Below are positions 32,309 to 46,140 of a stretch of DNA of 64,000 bases, one piece after another (within the stretch, counting starts at the first letter, position 1; every line of letters starts with the position of its first letter). A model generated the notes under the pieces. It saw only the letters and a list, made by a program, of their open reading frames with translations. It made no database searches and was not told the DNA's origin. The position numbers were made by a program, and so were the translations under genes. The stretch lies in NCBI GenBank assembly GCA_003344405.1, contig NOWV01000103.1:62001-126000 (forward strand). The letters are read 5' to 3'. This stretch comes from Trichoplax sp. H2. Taxonomy: Eukaryota.

Positions 32309-34247
32309 GGCAATCTATTTTATAAAGTATGAAATCTTAATCGAAATTCTCGTCTTCGTTGGAATAGCTGCTTAACAAATAAAGAAGACGTCCTTTAGCA
32401 TCCGTTAATGATTTGGTTCAAGCTTAGAAGGCTATAGTTTACGACGCCACAGGTGCTGAGGGTACCATGAATGGTAACAATAATTATATATATAATAGAT
32501 TAGTTAAGTAGACATACAGTAATTCGCCTCAGGCCAGGTCTCAGGTTGGGTGATTATTTTGTAAAAGTCTTCGTTCTTAACAGTGTATAGTCAATTGTAT
32601 CAGAAAGAAAGAGGCCTTGTAAACAGTCTACGATAGATTCTGTGCAATTCACAGCAAGAAGTGCTTGGTCTCTTTCCAAATTTTTTCTTTAGACTTGTTT
32701 ATTTAATAAGCAAGCCTCACAGGCCCAGTCAATATATAATTGATATTAAGCGAGCTTTATTTATCAAGAATGAATTTTTCAGCATCTTGTCTACTACTAC
32801 AATATCTAGTAGTAGACTATTACAGCACAGCAGTGTGATAGTCAATTGCTTTGAAGAACAATGACTGAATGATTGTAATTAGTAATTTACTATTATGTCC
32901 GAAAAGTAGAGAACTATCTTCGAAGTCCACTGCATTAAGGGGTTGGATAGGCAATGGTATCTATTTTCCGTAAAGACTCTTTAAGAAAAGAACCCCGCCC
33001 CAAAAACTAACTACAGTACCTTTCATATTGTAGTTCATGCGCAAATGTCGCTATTCAGTAAACATTAATAACTACTTGGCGACAAAACTGTAATGGCACT
33101 ACTGAAAGGATTTAAAATATTAATTGACGCTGAGAATAAATACTAAAAGTAAGGGTGTTTTAATATCAATTTATATCATTGGTTTGCTTACATATATATT
33201 ACATATATAGTAATAATCGATAATTAAGTTTAATAATATTATTATAATAAACATTCTAGGTTGATAGACTTTAGCAGTTGTTGAAAATACAACTGTACCC
33301 TACGAGGGATCAACCGCATCACTAAAAAGCAGCGCACTTAAAATATCCTTCATGCTTATATTACCAAAAAGCAAAAATGATTATCTGCTCATATAGCGTT
33401 TAATCACGAAAAAATATGTATAGTTAAATTTGATGATTACATTTTATGAACAACAGCAAGATTGTAAGTTGTACCACAAAATATCACAAAATAAAATATT
33501 AATGAATTCAAAATCGAACGCCGCAAGATTCGAATGCATGCACAACCATATATGTAATCTTATCATCACATAGATGGTAGTATTCTAGCTAGTTGTACAA
33601 GATTTTTAGCTAGATAGTAAGCATTGATTTCGCTATCGATTAAAATATACGAAAATCACAAATTAATGAAGCCTATAGTAAGTACTCCGTGTACAAAAAA
33701 ATTCTTATATATATGGTTAATAAGATATAGTAAATATAATATCAGTGGTAAGAGCATTTCTGTTAAATTAGCAATAATAATAACTTTGGGTGTTAAAGAA
33801 ACAAGACAATATTGATAACTCATAAAAACTTGGCATAACATACGCCGCAATGAGGATTCCGACATTATTTACATCCTTGCAGACGTTGCGCATTACATTA
33901 ATAATTACGCAAGTTTATCTTATTTTAATCCTGTACAGCAGTTTAAAATAATTTTAAGAGACATTTCTTAACGAAATTTAAGGGATTACGTTTACTCGCA
34001 ATTAGTGCGTTAAAGACGCAAAATCACCATTTCAAGCATTCTTTCAAAACAATTTATAGTCAGCTCGACTTAAACCTGCTTCGTAAATAACAAAAATACC
34101 TTTGGTAATACTTCTGAAGTATTTGCAGAACTTGGTTAGAGTACAATGCCTCGCATCTGTATAAGTATCAATCGGTATAATTAAAGCTAAATATTATTTT
34201 TTATTTAGATATAATAAATTAATAATTCATTCAACTACTTACAGAGA

Positions 34248-37200
34248 TTATAGGCGACGATTATTATACCCTGAATTCGGCCGTGACATTGGATTGTAAC
34301 CTTCATAATAACTAGAAAGGATAGCAAATCATTAATTTACTGCTTCGCGTAAATTTATTTATTGCTGTCGTTATAATAAAGAATAAAACAATATTTTATG
34401 CAATTACAAAAAATTATGAATGAATAAAGCATTAACCATAACGATTATAGAAATATCATTAAAATAAGGCTTACGGTTGTCCTTGATATCTCGACGGGCC
34501 ACCATTACCGTTCATTATTGGCTTTTCTCGTCCTTGAGGAACCCTCTTTTGTAAAGACCTACAGCATAGGAGAAATAGAATTTCTTAAGTACGTACAATA
34601 AGCATTACCTATGGCAATACAGTGGCAATTTTCTATTTAATATCAATCTTCCCAGTAATTACAAATTTTACGGCCACGCTCTTTAATCATATATCAATGC
34701 ATAGAAGTCTATATAGTATCGAAATTTGCCTCAGCAAATGATTAAATGCTATCCACTAGATATTTTTTTAGGTATTCTAATTGAACTTACACTGCCCTCG
34801 GGGGAGGAACTGGCTGACTACCAGGTGTACTAGGCGTTGTATTGCCCCTCATCGGAGATGCCGGTGGTCTGGTGTACCTTGAGAGTTTATAGATATTTTT
34901 ATTTGTCAGCGAAGCAAACGATAGCCATTTTCAAATGTGTCACCCAATATTTAAGAGTTAGGAATAAAGCAGTTATTAACAAAAGGAGATCTAGTAATGA
35001 CATACCTATGCTCTTGTCTCATATTATAATTTCCGTCGTTATCAGACCGCCTGTTAACATGCCTCGATCGATCAGGAACATATCGATCATGCGATCTTAC
35101 AGTACCATTTCCATGTTCCGAGGGATAACGGTTGCTATGACCATTAACAGCAGACCAATCTTGCGTTTGCGGATATCGCCTCGGAGGAGATGGTGGAAAT
35201 CCACGAGATCGCGATTCCGGCATGCCTCGAGATTTTTCATCATACGAATCATTAATACCTCCATCTACTCTAGAGGAATCTTTTTCTTCTGTTCGTCGCC
35301 CGTCATTGTTACCTTGTTGATCATTTTCAGGGCCTTTATCGATCCAGATTTCATTTTCTTTATCGATATGTACTGGAGTTTTATTCTTACTACGATCGCG
35401 CCCATAACTACCGCGTCTATCACGGCCACGATTACCACGCCGGCGTGAACTACGAGAACCTCTAGAATGACCTGAAGCCACACTTCGTGTATCTCCATCA
35501 CCTTCTCGACCGGATAATAAGGATGCTCTATCTGTAGCAATCCTATGAGGTCTACAAGTTGTAAATTAATATTAATCCTTTAATTTACAAAAAAAAGTAA
35601 GCGGCGATACATCGCCTATCGTAATGAAATATCAGTTATTGTAGTGCTTACTCCTGACTATCTTCGCTAGGCTGATGTTGCATTTCATTTTGTTTACGTT
35701 TAACTTCATTCCACTGAGGTCTTGAATCAATCATTTTTGGAACTTTTAGTTCACTTGATTGCGATCTTAATATAGTAGTAGATAATTGGATGATAAATAT
35801 ACTAGCTCATGGAAGGATAGAGAGTTACGTCTCAGTATGTAAACTAGACTGCTAAAATATAAAAATATTTTTACCGTAAACATTAAATAAGACGAATTGT
35901 ATAATTTACCGCTTTCTAATCCGACGATGTCGATTAGTTGCTTCTGTATCGCTGCTATATCTACCATTCGACCTACGGCTATATATTGGTTAGATTTTAT
36001 CTGTTTTTTTAATACTTGCTATTTAATATACTGCATATGTACCAAGCTCATTTTACATCGCACTACTTCACTATAAAATATTGTTATGCTGTAAAATATA
36101 CCTTGAACGGCGACGCCTTCTCATGACTTCATCATCAGACATCCGGCTATGATAACTACGATTATTTGGCAGCGAATGTGATATTTTAATTGACAGAATA
36201 CCTTACTCTCATTTCTAAGATTAGTCAAACTGTTCAAGGAAGTACCGAAATTATATTTATTAGTTATTACAGTATATCTTACCTCCTTCTTGTGTCCGAT
36301 TCGCTACCGCTATCAACATAAATGTGCCTTCGCCTCCTAGTACGTGGTGATCGACGACTACTACTACCTGAAGCCTGAGAAGCACTGGAAGGCCGCCTGC
36401 ATCACAAAGTAGAAAGTATACTTTAAAAGTTAAATAGCGAAGTGATATCGGCCCTAACAATATACATCATTCTAAATATATGAAACAACTACTCTGTATT
36501 TTAATTTAATCTTATGCACAAACTCTAACTATTTTCGCAACAATTTTAGATATACTGTGCACCAGTTTAGGTAAGTATAAGCTAGGGGTATTTGTATAAT
36601 AAGCAGCAATCTCTACGTCACATACCGTCCACGAGATCCTTGAATACGTGAATTATCCACAGAAGGTGCAATAGAACTAGCTCTTGAATGTCTACCAAAC
36701 AATGAGTCGTCTACAAAAAAGATACTATTTTTATAGATAATCTGATGATTATAAAACAATACCGTTTAAAAAATAGCGTTAAAAATTCAACCTGTGCTAG
36801 CTCGCCTAGGAAATCTTTTACTCGGGAGTCTACATTAAATATTCAATTTTAATATCACAACAGAAACTTATCTAACATTCTATAACATATTTTTATAATA
36901 TTTTTATACAGTCTTCGTACCTAACTACTTTAGAAAATTCATATTGCTGTTCAGCAATTTTTCGATAATTTTCTTTTTCTGTAGAAGTACTGTAAAGGGA
37001 ATAATTTAATTAGTTTAAAACTATCGGCTGCGGCTTAAATATTAATGTAATAAGTAATGTATCAAACCTATGTTTCTGATTTGGAGTACAATTTGATAAC
37101 CAGAAATATGCACCAGCTGGTGTTTTTGCGGCTTTTTGCGCTCTGTAATAGTTCAAATTTCATGTGTCATCAAAATTTTAATCGGCGTCCTTCGCACGTA

Positions 37201-40200
37201 AATCTTTCTACGTTTATTCTTATAGTATAATATATCGAATTCCATACCTAAAGAATGCATGATTGTCAATACATCTTTTCCAAAACTGTTTACATGCTGT
37301 CGCTGAGGGCAATTCAAACTCATATATATTCTCATTGTCCTATAGAATAAGAGAAGTGGATACAACATATCAGCCAACTTGATAAACATAGGCCTTAAGA
37401 TACAAACTCAGTTGGCTTTATTAATAAGTTAGGATAACAGATTCTTACGCACATCTTTGCCAGTGACGGCTAATGAAAATGAGTTATTCTTAAAGTTGAG
37501 TTTCGATATACCTGGCCTATAAGTATGGTAAAAATTTAAATAATATGAGGAATAAATTTAACTCACTTAAAATTAAATAGGAATTTGGCTAAAGCTTAAA
37601 AAATTACCAAATAAAGGTCCCAGCTACAGTATCATTCTTAATTACAATAATGCCTGTAGGTTTTAGGCCGAGATAGAAATCAATCCCTCGTTCTCCCTAT
37701 TAATAAGCGTAGATGAAACACTATTAAGCAATCTCTCTACCGATTGCTAAAGACAGTGAATTATAACCTTAACGGGGTATTTATCGGTTCCAAACATAGG
37801 TAACCACTTTGCAAAGTCTAAATACGCCATTTCCGCTGCCGGAGGAACTAAACCCCTGCAAATGATATTCAACACATCACGTGAATAACTAAAAAATCCA
37901 GAATATATCTTATAAGCTACGTATAACACTTACGATACGGTCTTGTGATACTCCATGACCTGATCTTCAAGTTCTTCAGACTATAACGAAATAGTACGGG
38001 TTATCAAGTAATTATACATATATATTGTAATAATGAAATACAGATCTACTAACCTGTTTTGGTACAAAACGAAATTCAGAAACATATCCATCAGTGTGGA
38101 CTTGAGGATTGTAATCTCCAAGCTCAGCTACAACATGCATCGATAAAGTGATACAGCAGTAAAAACTTATTACTTGTACTAATGCAAATGTTAGTGTAAA
38201 GCTGAAAGGAGTAATCATAAAAGTTTATACTAAATTTACAGTTAATATGATACGAACGGCAGTCTATACATGTACAAAATAATTTACTGACCTTGCAATA
38301 CATACGCTCCTAATTGTGCTACATCAGCGAAATTACATGGAAGCCTAAACAATCAAAAAGCATTCATCATTAATACTATTTCACCTTGTTCGTTATATGA
38401 TATTTACTTTAAAGTATGAATATTCAACGTACCGTCCTGTTTGGGCGTCATTTTTTACTTGTTGGAAAAATAAATATCTGCAAATGTGTACATAATTAAA
38501 TAGCTTATTTTTATGTTGTAATTTCATAAAAACTGATCAATACTAACTCTACTATTACGTCATTTTTTTTATTCGAATAAAGAACATTTGGTTTACCTAG
38601 TTAATTCCTGCTCAAGTGAACAAGGATCGGCTGCGTAGAATTTTATCATAAAATGTACAGTATACGGAGGTGAAGCTGTAAACAAATAGCATTAATAACT
38701 ATAATTTTCTGGTAAGCATACTTTTAATGTATGGTGTCTGAACAAGTTTTATACTCAATCTTATTATAGAAATAGAAATAAGTTATTATTATTCCACTAT
38801 CTAGCAACTTTAATAGCTAACCTTTAACTTGAGACGTTAAACGCTTGTTCATATCAAGCCATGTCTAAAGAAATTAAATATATGGTAGGAGTAAATTAAT
38901 AAATTGTAGTTACTTTACCTACAGGTAGAATGGTACCGAAGATATGTATGGTTATTCGTTAGAGATAATATAATCATTCAATTTTTAAAATCAAGTAGGT
39001 ATAAAATTTCGTTAAAGGGAGCTAATACGCATTCAGTAGACATTATTAACACCATCTAAACTCACCGAAGATTCATATTCATCCTTGTATTTAAGACTAA
39101 AATATTCCCTTTCTTTTAATTTAATTGTATCAGCAACGAAATCAAAGATTGCTTGGCACTTGGTATTTTTCTATTAATTTTAACAATCATATCCATTAGA
39201 AAACAATTAAAATCTTATTTTTGATACATGTACGCAATTATGTCCACTTTAACACCGATAGCTGCTGAGATTATATTCGTTAATTTCAGAAATTAATGAT
39301 AAGCTTTACGATAGATTGAATGTCAAGTAACTATATCCTAAATTTGTATTATAACCTTTTTCAGCACGGTAGATTAAGTGATATCACTAGTAATCTCTAA
39401 AAGCTTTTGAAGTCATCATGTGCAAAAAATTACAATTCAAAATGTTTTACGAATACGGTCCGACACTAGATTTAAGAACATCTCAGATTAGCATCTTTTA
39501 TATGTCTAGCTAGAAATAAGAAATTATAGTTTCGGAATAAAAATGTACGCTAAACATTGTCGATGTAATGCTCGCATATTATATCACCTGTTGACACTAC
39601 CAAAGGTACGTTCATAATATCATATCAATAAAGGATATTCAAAATTTTGAAAGTTTTGGCAAAATAAATGTACATACTGTATTGTATACTTTCTCACAAT
39701 CACTGATGTGCCACTGTGTATGCTGTTGTATATGTCATGAGGCCATAAGTTATACGTATGTTTATGATGTATTTTGACAAAATCAGTGCGCCGATGTTCG
39801 ATTGCGATGTCATATAAGCTGGCATCCTTCAGTCTATTTCGAGATCACTGCAACAATACTGTATCTTACACTGTGCTGTTTTATACGACAGTAAAATACT
39901 CCGTTAGTAACATAGCGTAAAAGTTCAAGTCTAGTTGCGAAAACTTTCATCTTCCTTTAGTGAAAACGAGTATGGTCATGCAGTTAAACATTGAAAAATT
40001 AATATTATTGATGAAATCCGCAATTTTATTCATAACCATTATGATAGATCGTTGAATCAATAACTACTTACGGTTGACTTAGAAAGATCGGCAGGGATTA
40101 TATGACAGAAGGGAAATAAGGAAGATACTACAAAAGGAAAATACCCCCTAGTGTATTGTTATACATCATGGATATTTTAAAAACGTGCAATGCCTCAATG

Positions 40201-43200
40201 ATAAATGGAGCTTTATAAAAAATGGATTATACGACACTGAAGGTCTACTACGTAGTCAGAAATTGTTTGATAAATAGATTGCTACAGGTAGACGACTTTT
40301 AGCGTGTATTGAGTGTAGAATTTAATTAGCTAATTATTGCAGTCATTACGAGTATAAATAGTGATCGAGTTGGCTGAGTAGGTGAAGGGATGCAACTTTC
40401 TTATACTATCGTAGGAAAGATTTTCAAGGATGATCTTGCTGAGTGAGTACATTTACTTGGATGCGTCGGGTATGACGTAGACAAGATGTCTAATGACATC
40501 TAATATTTATCTAAAGATATGGTACCATTTTGATAAGCACAGGACTGTCCCATATGCAATCAATCAAGCTATATAGCGGCTAAAAGCAGTTGGCTAAAAT
40601 TTCGACTCGTTAATCATTCTTACTCAAATTCAATATAAATATGAGTACATTCAATTTTTGAAACGTCTACTTCTGTTAATGCAGGAGAAAAGGATGATAT
40701 GGTATTGTATAATTTTTTCATCCTATTGTAAAAGGTACCTAGAAAAAAATTTTAATCTCTCGTACCGACATGATGCTGAAAAGTTACAGTAATTTATCAA
40801 TGTTATTTTGTCTATCCAAATTAAATTTCAATAAAGAAAACAATGTCATAATTAATAGCAGGGCATATTTATGTAACGGAAGATCCAACTGTATCAACAT
40901 TCGTTAAGCTAAATGTGGAAATCTGCAATGTTGGTAATCTAATCTCAAGGATTGAATAGTAATTCAATTAGAGAGATGGAATTTTTATTCTTAAAGCGTA
41001 TGGAATAGGATACGCATATAATTAACTTCATTGGAGTGCTGGTCTATACATATCAACAATAACAATACAGACATACGCGAAAATTTGGACTTTAAAATGC
41101 GTATCCTTATATGGTGTGACCATGATGGGGTGCGCAGATGTTAAATACAGTTTCAATATACTGTAATGTATTTAATTTCAATCAAGAAATCTTGATCCTT
41201 TTTATTGGCTGAGTATGTAATCAAAATCGTTCCTGAAAATGATCGTATGCACGTTTTGTTTTACCTTCGACTTGTGCAAGTTATACGCTATACAGGTGAT
41301 TTACAATTAAGTGCAATCCAGACAATAAAAAAAATGAAAAACGGTGACTCTATAATATTTATTACCGTACATTGGAATAACACTTACGTAGACGAAATGA
41401 TGATGTACAGTATATCATTAATTTAATCCAATTTACGCTGTTGTATAAGTATACTGTACACTATCACCGACGAGCTACTACTCTACTTTACATCGATTTT
41501 ACTGCAATGAACTTTTGAATAACAATCGTCCATTTTATCCATTGGCCCATAACATTTTTAGACATCATTTAAAAGCGGCGACAATGATCATGAAAAAACA
41601 AACAAACAGCGTACGTAGTCGAAAATTACAAAATGACTGTTGTAGCCGTCTCTGAGCCGTAATCGCTTGTCTTTTTGGGGAGGGGGGAAGGGAGCAGTAG
41701 ATAGTGTTATTCCTAATTAAAACTACAGACTACTGTACAGTGTACAGGCATTGAATAAAGTATAGCACTATACGTAGTCATAGAAGACGATAAAGGTTTT
41801 TAAATCCTCTTTTTTATCGTCTAAAAGGAAATGTACGCGTATTTACAAAAGGAAATGACCGGCGTGATTGATGATCAATCATTACAACCCTTATCTCATC
41901 GCTTGATTAGTATATCAATAAAAACAACAGTTTTATTATCAGAGTCTTTTTTCTTATCGTATTGAAACAAACTCAAAAGCAATGATAACGATCATGTAAT
42001 TTTCACTACGTAGGAAAAGTGTGGCGATTGTCAGACCGGAGTGGAATAGTGTTATAGATGTCTTTCTTTCTGTCTATAAAAGTGCCTACAACTAGGATGA
42101 TAAAATAGCATCAAATTTGTCCGCTATCACTCTCTTACTTTATTTTCAAACTATACCAATGTTGGAAATTAGAGTACCGTAGACGTCTTTGGGAAGAGAT
42201 GAAGGCGATACAATATTTTTCAAATGTGTACAGTAATGTTGTTCACAAAATCAATTACTTGGTAAGATGTTGCATCTGATCAAGGATAGAAGTCAAGTAT
42301 CGTATTCTAACTTCTAGTTAGGTATAGAATGAAGAAAATCAGCGTTAGACAACTTAATCAACGTTGCAAACTACGACCAATTATCACATGCCAATGAGCG
42401 TGAATTATTCCATAAAACATGTTCAAATTGGTTAAAAAAAAAAAAGAACTGCCTGTGGTAATATGATCAAATGAAATAAAAATGATTCATAGGCAAGTTA
42501 TGATGACGACGGTCTAGGCGTTGTTGGGTACATTTATTTATTTTTTTGAATGATTTTTTGAATGATAATTATGATGCAGTTTAGATCGAAATTAGAGTCG
42601 ATTGCTAACGTTTAACTTTATTGCTACCCGATGTATATGGGTTAGTCATGTCATTAAGTAGAGTCATTTTACTGTAATTATTGTATAGTAAGAAGTATGG
42701 CCGTGGTGAGTCATACTCTTGATTCTAAATTGAAATTATTCGTCGAAAGCCCAACGGGGGGGGATTACTACGCTGAGATTGAAAAGTGATGAGAAGTAGA
42801 AAGTGTTTGGCTGTAATTTTTGAACTGCACAGCAATGGAATTGGCCAAGTGGAAGCCTAAATAACTTGAAACGTAGTAGAGTACATCCATTGCAGCTGCT
42901 TGTACCACTACTGGACGAGACAGTGATTGGAAATGGTTACTACGCGTCTAGCCATGTCTGATGTGATCAATGTGTGTTGGTGTGTCTCAACATTATGACT
43001 ATCATTTTGGGGGTATTTTGTAATGGCTATAGGAGTTAATTTGAGCACGATAAAGCTCGAACGATTTGCATCGTACTGATGATTGTAATGTAGGAGAGTA
43101 AAGTAATTGGATTGACTATTGAAATGGTTGTACCTCTTTATTTATTTATTATTGTGTACAAAAATAGTCCGTTGGACATTGATAGACGACGGTAGACCAC

Positions 43201-43294
43201 TTACGCTAAATTCATGAGTAATATCCGTTGCATCGAGCATTATTATTCTAACGTTGACAGTACGTTTGCCACCACCGAGGCAAAAAAAGCCCAT
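34248..43294 (-). CDS. EPB41L4A: Band 4.1-like FERM domain protein, EPB41L4A/NBL4-like, with an Arg/Ser/Pro-rich tail
   Basis: N-terminus MGFFCLGGGKRTVNVRIIMLD resembles EPB41L4A MGCFC. FERM exons include REYFSLKY, WLDMNKRL, PPYTVHFMIKFYAADP, YLFFQQVKND, LGAYVLQAELGDY, GYVSEFRFVPKQ and CKQFWKRCIDNHAFFR. Intron 1 is ~4 kb. Inferred end is SGYNNRRL* at 34248. The subfamily call is less certain than the FERM call. Confidence 0.85.
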
Positions 43295-43504
43295 TTTCCT
43301 CATCAAGCAAGACAGGAGAGCCAAATAGAAGGATACCAACGAGTAGAACCGACAATTGTTCCTGATATCAACACAGTATGTCAGACAATCATTAATTTGC
43401 AGCTTGCAAGCAAATCGTGGCGTACTAGATTGGAAGAGAAAAATGGATTAGATTACTGAACAAATGACAATGTTATCTATCATGGCTAATTGTTTTCGAC
43501 AGTT

Positions 43505-43990
43505 TACAGTAATCATACTGTACAGTACGCAGACCGGGGCTGTCTGATCGATCGACCCTCGGCCAGTGTTGTCTATTGTTTGCTGTCAAATGGTGTCCAG
43601 TACAGTACACACTACCGTCCCCTAGTTTACATACTGTACAGGACAATAGCGTCAAGCTTGTATTTTGAATGACCAACCGTAAACGCTTGACTGTGTGAAA
43701 AATTCTTTCTTTCACTACTGTACGCCCCCCGGTCCAGGGGTGTATGGCCAAGGTTGAGTGACGGTCACTCACTCTGGACTGTAGCGTACTTTTCTTTGTC
43801 TGCAGCACACAGTACAATGTACTGGAAACACTGGAAATACTGTACTGTACCGTACAGTACAGTGGACAGTGGACAATACAGTACTGTGTACTGTAAACTC
43901 AGTACTGTACACTGTACCGTCTTTGCCTAACCTTAGAACGGCATACGGTTAGTATTAGACCTGAGTTCGGTTCGGTCCGGTTCAATACCG
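43505..43990. promoter_or_regulatory. TACAG/CTGTA-rich putative promoter of the FERM gene
   Basis: Dense tacagt/actgta copies (for example 43838-43918) 200-620 nt upstream of the ATG, followed by a GTTCG/GTCCG mini-repeat at ~43965-43983. Confidence 0.55.
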
Positions 43991-44991
43991 TTATGATCTA
44001 TATATAACTGAGTATCATCGGTCTGGTCGTCTTCAGCACTGGTTACCATACTGGCTGTCATGATTTTCAATACATGATCCATCGCCTCAAGGCCTGCCCT
44101 CGCTCCGCCTCTTCGGTTACATTCTGTACCAGTCTTAACCAGTGCCAGACCATCGTCTTCATCCATACTGCACAGTCGACAGACTGACCAGCAGACGGAT
44201 GCAATCTGCAACACACGCGCACTCGGGCCTCTGTCGCCGACAAACTACCAACGACAGTATGGCCTGACAGACAAGCAGCGACATCGACTACAGCAATCAA
44301 TTTGACGACGAAAAGGACAAGCAAATCACGGCTAAACTCTCATTCAACATTACTGTAGGAAGTAAAAGCTTTGATCAACTCATAAACGTACACTCGTTAT
44401 AATGATGATCAACAGCCCTGCCAATATTCCACCACTTCCTATTGATCGACTATAAAAATCGCACAATTGCTTCCACTTGGTGAAATACTACTATACAGTA
44501 CAGTAGATTTGCAGCCAGTCAAAACATGAAAATAAATAGGACACACACTTGTAGGTAATGTCGAGGAAGAAATGGATGGCCCGGCCGTTTATTTTTCCAA
44601 AGTAGAATGAACGCTGAAAATGTTGAAAAATCTTCTGTCAATGACGTGTTGGCTACAAGTATCAACGGTGTATAATAAGAGCGCTAAATCAATTCATCGC
44701 AATGAATAAGTAATTAGCAGTCCAACAGCTCGTTCTAATTTATGACTCATAACCGCCATTCTATGGCACTATCAGGCCTTTTTCAATTCATTATTCCGAT
44801 ACATAGGATTGAATGAATTCCACTACAGGATCTGAATTAAAAGTAAATAATGAATACTGATAATGATAAACCACACCATGGATTCAAGACTAAACCCCAA
44901 TTCTATTATATAGCCAAGATAAAGTACCGTCAGAAAGGCAGTACAATAGACAGAATGCGATTTGACGGATAATACATCGACAATACCATGC

Positions 44992-45263
44992 AATAATAAT
45001 GATATAAAGTAGTAACGACGATGTATTGGTGCACCATTTTTGGACACTTATTAAATGCTGTACAACCTACTTTATCACAGTCTTAATCAAACAACTTTAT
45101 TGACTATTGAAGACAATTTTATGATAATATAATAATAATGATATAAAGTAGTAACGACGATGTATTGGTGCACCATTTTTGGACACTTATTAAATGCTGT
45201 ACATCCTACTTTATCACAGTCTTAATCAAGCAAATTCTATTGACTATTTAAAACAATTTTATG
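44992..45263. repeat. Two-copy direct tandem duplication, period ~139 bp, high identity
   Basis: aataataatgatataaagtagtaacgacgatgtattggtgcacc...caattttatg occurs at 44992-45123 and 45131-45263 with only a few substitutions, all in the 3' half. Confidence 0.95.
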
Positions 45264-46140
45264 TCATGCAATAAAATGGAGAAGTGTATCATTTTAATCA
45301 ATAGCATAATACAGGTGCTACACTATTCCAGTATATTATTTCAACCACTACCTTTGATGTATCGGCTTATAAACTGAAAGTATAGACGACATCTAGGGAT
45401 CTACTAACCGTTTAGATTATGAATTTAGCTAGCTATCGTATATTCTACTGCTGATACAATAAACTACCTGATAAATAATTTACTAACAGTCAGTTAAAAG
45501 TGTTACCATTGGCTTCAACGATATACGCGTATGCGTACAGTCGTTAACAACCATTTAACGTACTAACCCTTTTAAACAATAATTTTTTACAAGAAGTTCA
45601 AACTAAGGCTTGTCGACATTAATCTCAATTAGGCATATCCAGATTTACTGTCAATTACTTATCACTTGAAGGACTATGCCATGATAGAGGCTGATTCAGT
45701 ACAGTTAACACGATTATCTCGGACGAGTATTATTGTAAGGTATGGCCGTCCCTTTCACTTTTACTAGTCAATGGCCACCTACAACTGCATTGTCAATCTA
45801 TAATATCACCAGCGACAGACACCATATCTACCGTAATTTGCTATTAGAAATTGTATAGAGTTTCATGATGTCTCCTAGTATTACTCGTGCAATATCATTT
45901 CATAGTTACTAAGAATGACTACAGTATAATGAAACTACTTAATGAATTCTGTATCTCTATCGAAAGAAATATTCGTAAAAACTATCTCCGTCTTGTTTAA
46001 AAAATTCTTGAATAGCTACACGAAAAAGTTAAATAGTTTATATACATATCACGCTTAATTTACAGAAGGTACCGTACTTATGTTAAATCGACAATTTAAT
46101 TCAATTGGAATTTGATTCCCATATTATGTTACTTACATTG

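Noticed and set aside
41785-41822. 10-bp inverted repeat in FERM intron 1 (also an 8-bp one at ~1503-1520)
   Set aside because: Short AT-rich stems are expected by chance in 64 kb.
44992-45263. CRISPR-like array or transposon
   Set aside because: Only two long adjacent copies with no spacers, in a eukaryotic context. No transposase, reverse transcriptase or terminal repeats were recognised anywhere in the window.
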